Shown here one piece after another: positions 60,205 to 64,000 of a stretch of DNA of 64,000 nucleotides. The position numbers were made by a program, and so were the translations under genes. Location of the stretch: positions 320,001 to 384,000 of the forward strand of contig OZ244197.1 in the NCBI GenBank assembly GCA_965216785.1. Direction: 5' to 3'. Below the pieces are notes generated by a model. The model had not been told where the DNA came from. It searched no databases and was given only the letters and a program-made list of their open reading frames with translations. Numbering within the stretch: position 1 is the stretch's first letter; each line of letters starts with the position of its first letter. Origin of the DNA: Thermodesulfobacteriota bacterium. GTDB taxonomy: Bacteria > Desulfobacterota_D > UBA1144 > Nemesobacterales > UBA2774.

Positions 60205-61269
60205 ATGATTTATGCAGAACTGGGATTTACGCTCTTAAAAATTGCCCTTCTTTTATTCGTAGTGCTTACGCTCGTAGCGTACCTGACGCTTGCGGAGAGA
60301 CGCGTGAGCGCGTTTATACAGGACAGGCTGGGCCCGAACCGAGTGGGCCCGTTCGGCTTTCTGCAGCCGCTTGCAGACGGTATCAAATTTATATTTAAAG
60401 AAGATATAGTCCCGAAAGAGGCAAACAGACCTCTATTTATAGTGGCGCCCGCCTTTGCATTGGTTACAGCGCTTATAGCCCTTGCAGTAGTGCCGATCGG
60501 AAGGGGTTTTGAAACAGACGTATTCGGCCTGCTACAGGAGCCTCTGTTTGTGAAGCTTCAGATTGCGGACTTAAACGTAGGTGTGCTTTACGTGCTCGCT
60601 ATCGGGTCTTTGAGTGTATATGGAGTTGTGCTCGGAGGCTGGGCGTCAAACAGTAAATACTCTTTTCTCGGAGGACTCAGGGGCGCGGCGCAAATGATAA
60701 GCTATGAGCTTGCTATGGGTATATCCATACTGGGCGTTATTGCGTGGACAGGGTCACTCAGGCTTCAAGATATAATAGAAGCTCAGTCACATTACTGGTT
60801 TATATTCCCTCAGATACTTGGCGGCATAGTATTCATAATAGCCGCGTTTGCGGAGACAAACAGGCTGCCGTTCGATATGCCCGAAGCAGAGCCCGAGATT
60901 GTGGCAGGCTATCACACGGAGTACAGCAGTATGAAATTTGCCATGTTCTTTATGGCAGAGTACACGCACATGATTGTGGTGTCGTGCCTCGTAGTGGCGC
61001 TCTTTTTCGGCGGGTGGTACCCGCTTCCCTGGGGAGGCTGGTTCGGAATAGATATAGATACGTACTGGTATCTGCCGCCGCTCGTATTCGTAGGAAAGGT
61101 GCTCGCGTTCCTGTTCTTTTTCATCTGGGTAAGGTTCACCCTGCCCCGCTTCCGCTATGATCAGGTGATGAACCTCGGTTGGAAAGTACTCTTCCCCATA
61201 GCCATACTGAACATCATCGTGATCAGTATAGCCATCCTGGTGCTTCAGCACTATGGGTATCTTAGCTGA
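60205..61269 (+). CDS. nuoH: NADH-quinone oxidoreductase subunit H
   Basis: ERRVSAFIQDRLGPNRVG, QPLADGIK, AETNRLPFD.PEAE, LPRFRYDQ. Confidence 0.97.
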   Translation: MIYAELGFTLLKIALLLFVVLTLVAYLTLAERRVSAFIQDRLGPNRVGPFGFLQPLADGIKFIFKEDIVPKEANRPLFIVAPAFALVTALIALAVVPIGRGFETDVFGLLQEPLFVKLQIADLNVGVLYVLAIGSLSVYGVVLGGWASNSKYSFLGGLRGAAQMISYELAMGISILGVIAWTGSLRLQDIIEAQSHYWFIFPQILGGIVFIIAAFAETNRLPFDMPEAEPEIVAGYHTEYSSMKFAMFFMAEYTHMIVVSCLVVALFFGGWYPLPWGGWFGIDIDTYWYLPPLVFVGKVLAFLFFFIWVRFTLPRFRYDQVMNLGWKVLFPIAILNIIVISIAILVLQHYGYLS

Positions 61270-61315
61270 TTCTATCTTTTAAATATTGAATTAGGGTAAA
61301 ACGAGAGCGGTTAAG

Positions 61316-61678
61316 CTAATCGTCCTTCTGAACCATCGTGATTTCGTCTTTTTTATTGGGCACGACGCACAGGAACTCAAAAGGCTCGTCGCTGAGCACT
61401 TCGTAAAAGTGGGGTACGCCCGCGGGGATAAAAACGACGTCGTCTTTCTCGACTTCGAATACCTCATCTCCGATCCCGATTTTAGCTCTGCCGCTTAGCA
61501 CATACTGTTCGTGCTCAACGGTATTGGTGTGAGCTGGTATGCCACCACCGGGCTCCATTACAAACCGCCTCATTGCGAAGTTAGGCGACTCGTCAGGGCC
61601 GATTAGCACCTGAGTATGGGTTAGCCTTCCAGCTTCGACTTTTTTCAGGCTTATATCGTTTATGTTTTTTACAGGCAT
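61316..61678 (-). CDS. Cupin domain protein
   Basis: FAMRRF..EPGG..PAHTN..EHEQYVLSG, FIPAGVPH. Confidence 0.9.
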   Translation of the reverse strand: MPVKNINDISLKKVEAGRLTHTQVLIGPDESPNFAMRRFVMEPGGGIPAHTNTVEHEQYVLSGRAKIGIGDEVFEVEKDDVVFIPAGVPHFYEVLSDEPFEFLCVVPNKKDEITMVQKDD

Positions 61679-61690
61679 TAAAGTTTGAGT

Positions 61691-64000
<2,310 letters not shown>

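Overview
Gene-dense bacterial chromosomal window of about 56 CDS, moderate GC with AT-rich intergenic regions. The protein style suggests a diderm deltaproteobacteria-like lineage, possibly Ca. Dadabacteria; this is inference only. Most of it is housekeeping: trpC(partial)-trpD-nusB-ribH-ribBA, guaBA, coaX, rng, pcm, meaB, hisA-hisF-dgt-mqnA-mqnD, dapF, two rlpA, tamB, an isolated nuoG-nuoH pair and partial gyrB. I saw no rRNA, tRNA, CRISPR, integrase or transposase. The strongest candidate for an undescribed system is the accessory block at about 20.4-26.9 kb. It holds an OmpR/HK pair, an AlgE-like porin, a PAP2 phosphatase and two very acidic exported proteins of unknown function. Three of its promoters share a 54-bp layout visible directly in the DNA: inverted box, three GTAAT-like repeats at 11-bp pitch, 10 bp, then TAnnCT. 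Other highlights are a sigma54 promoter with an upstream palindrome in front of an RpoS-like sigma factor, a DapF with both catalytic Cys replaced by Ser, F420-related genes with suggestive neighbours, a histone-H1-like tailed protein upstream of guaB, and a degenerate stand-alone LigD phosphoesterase domain.
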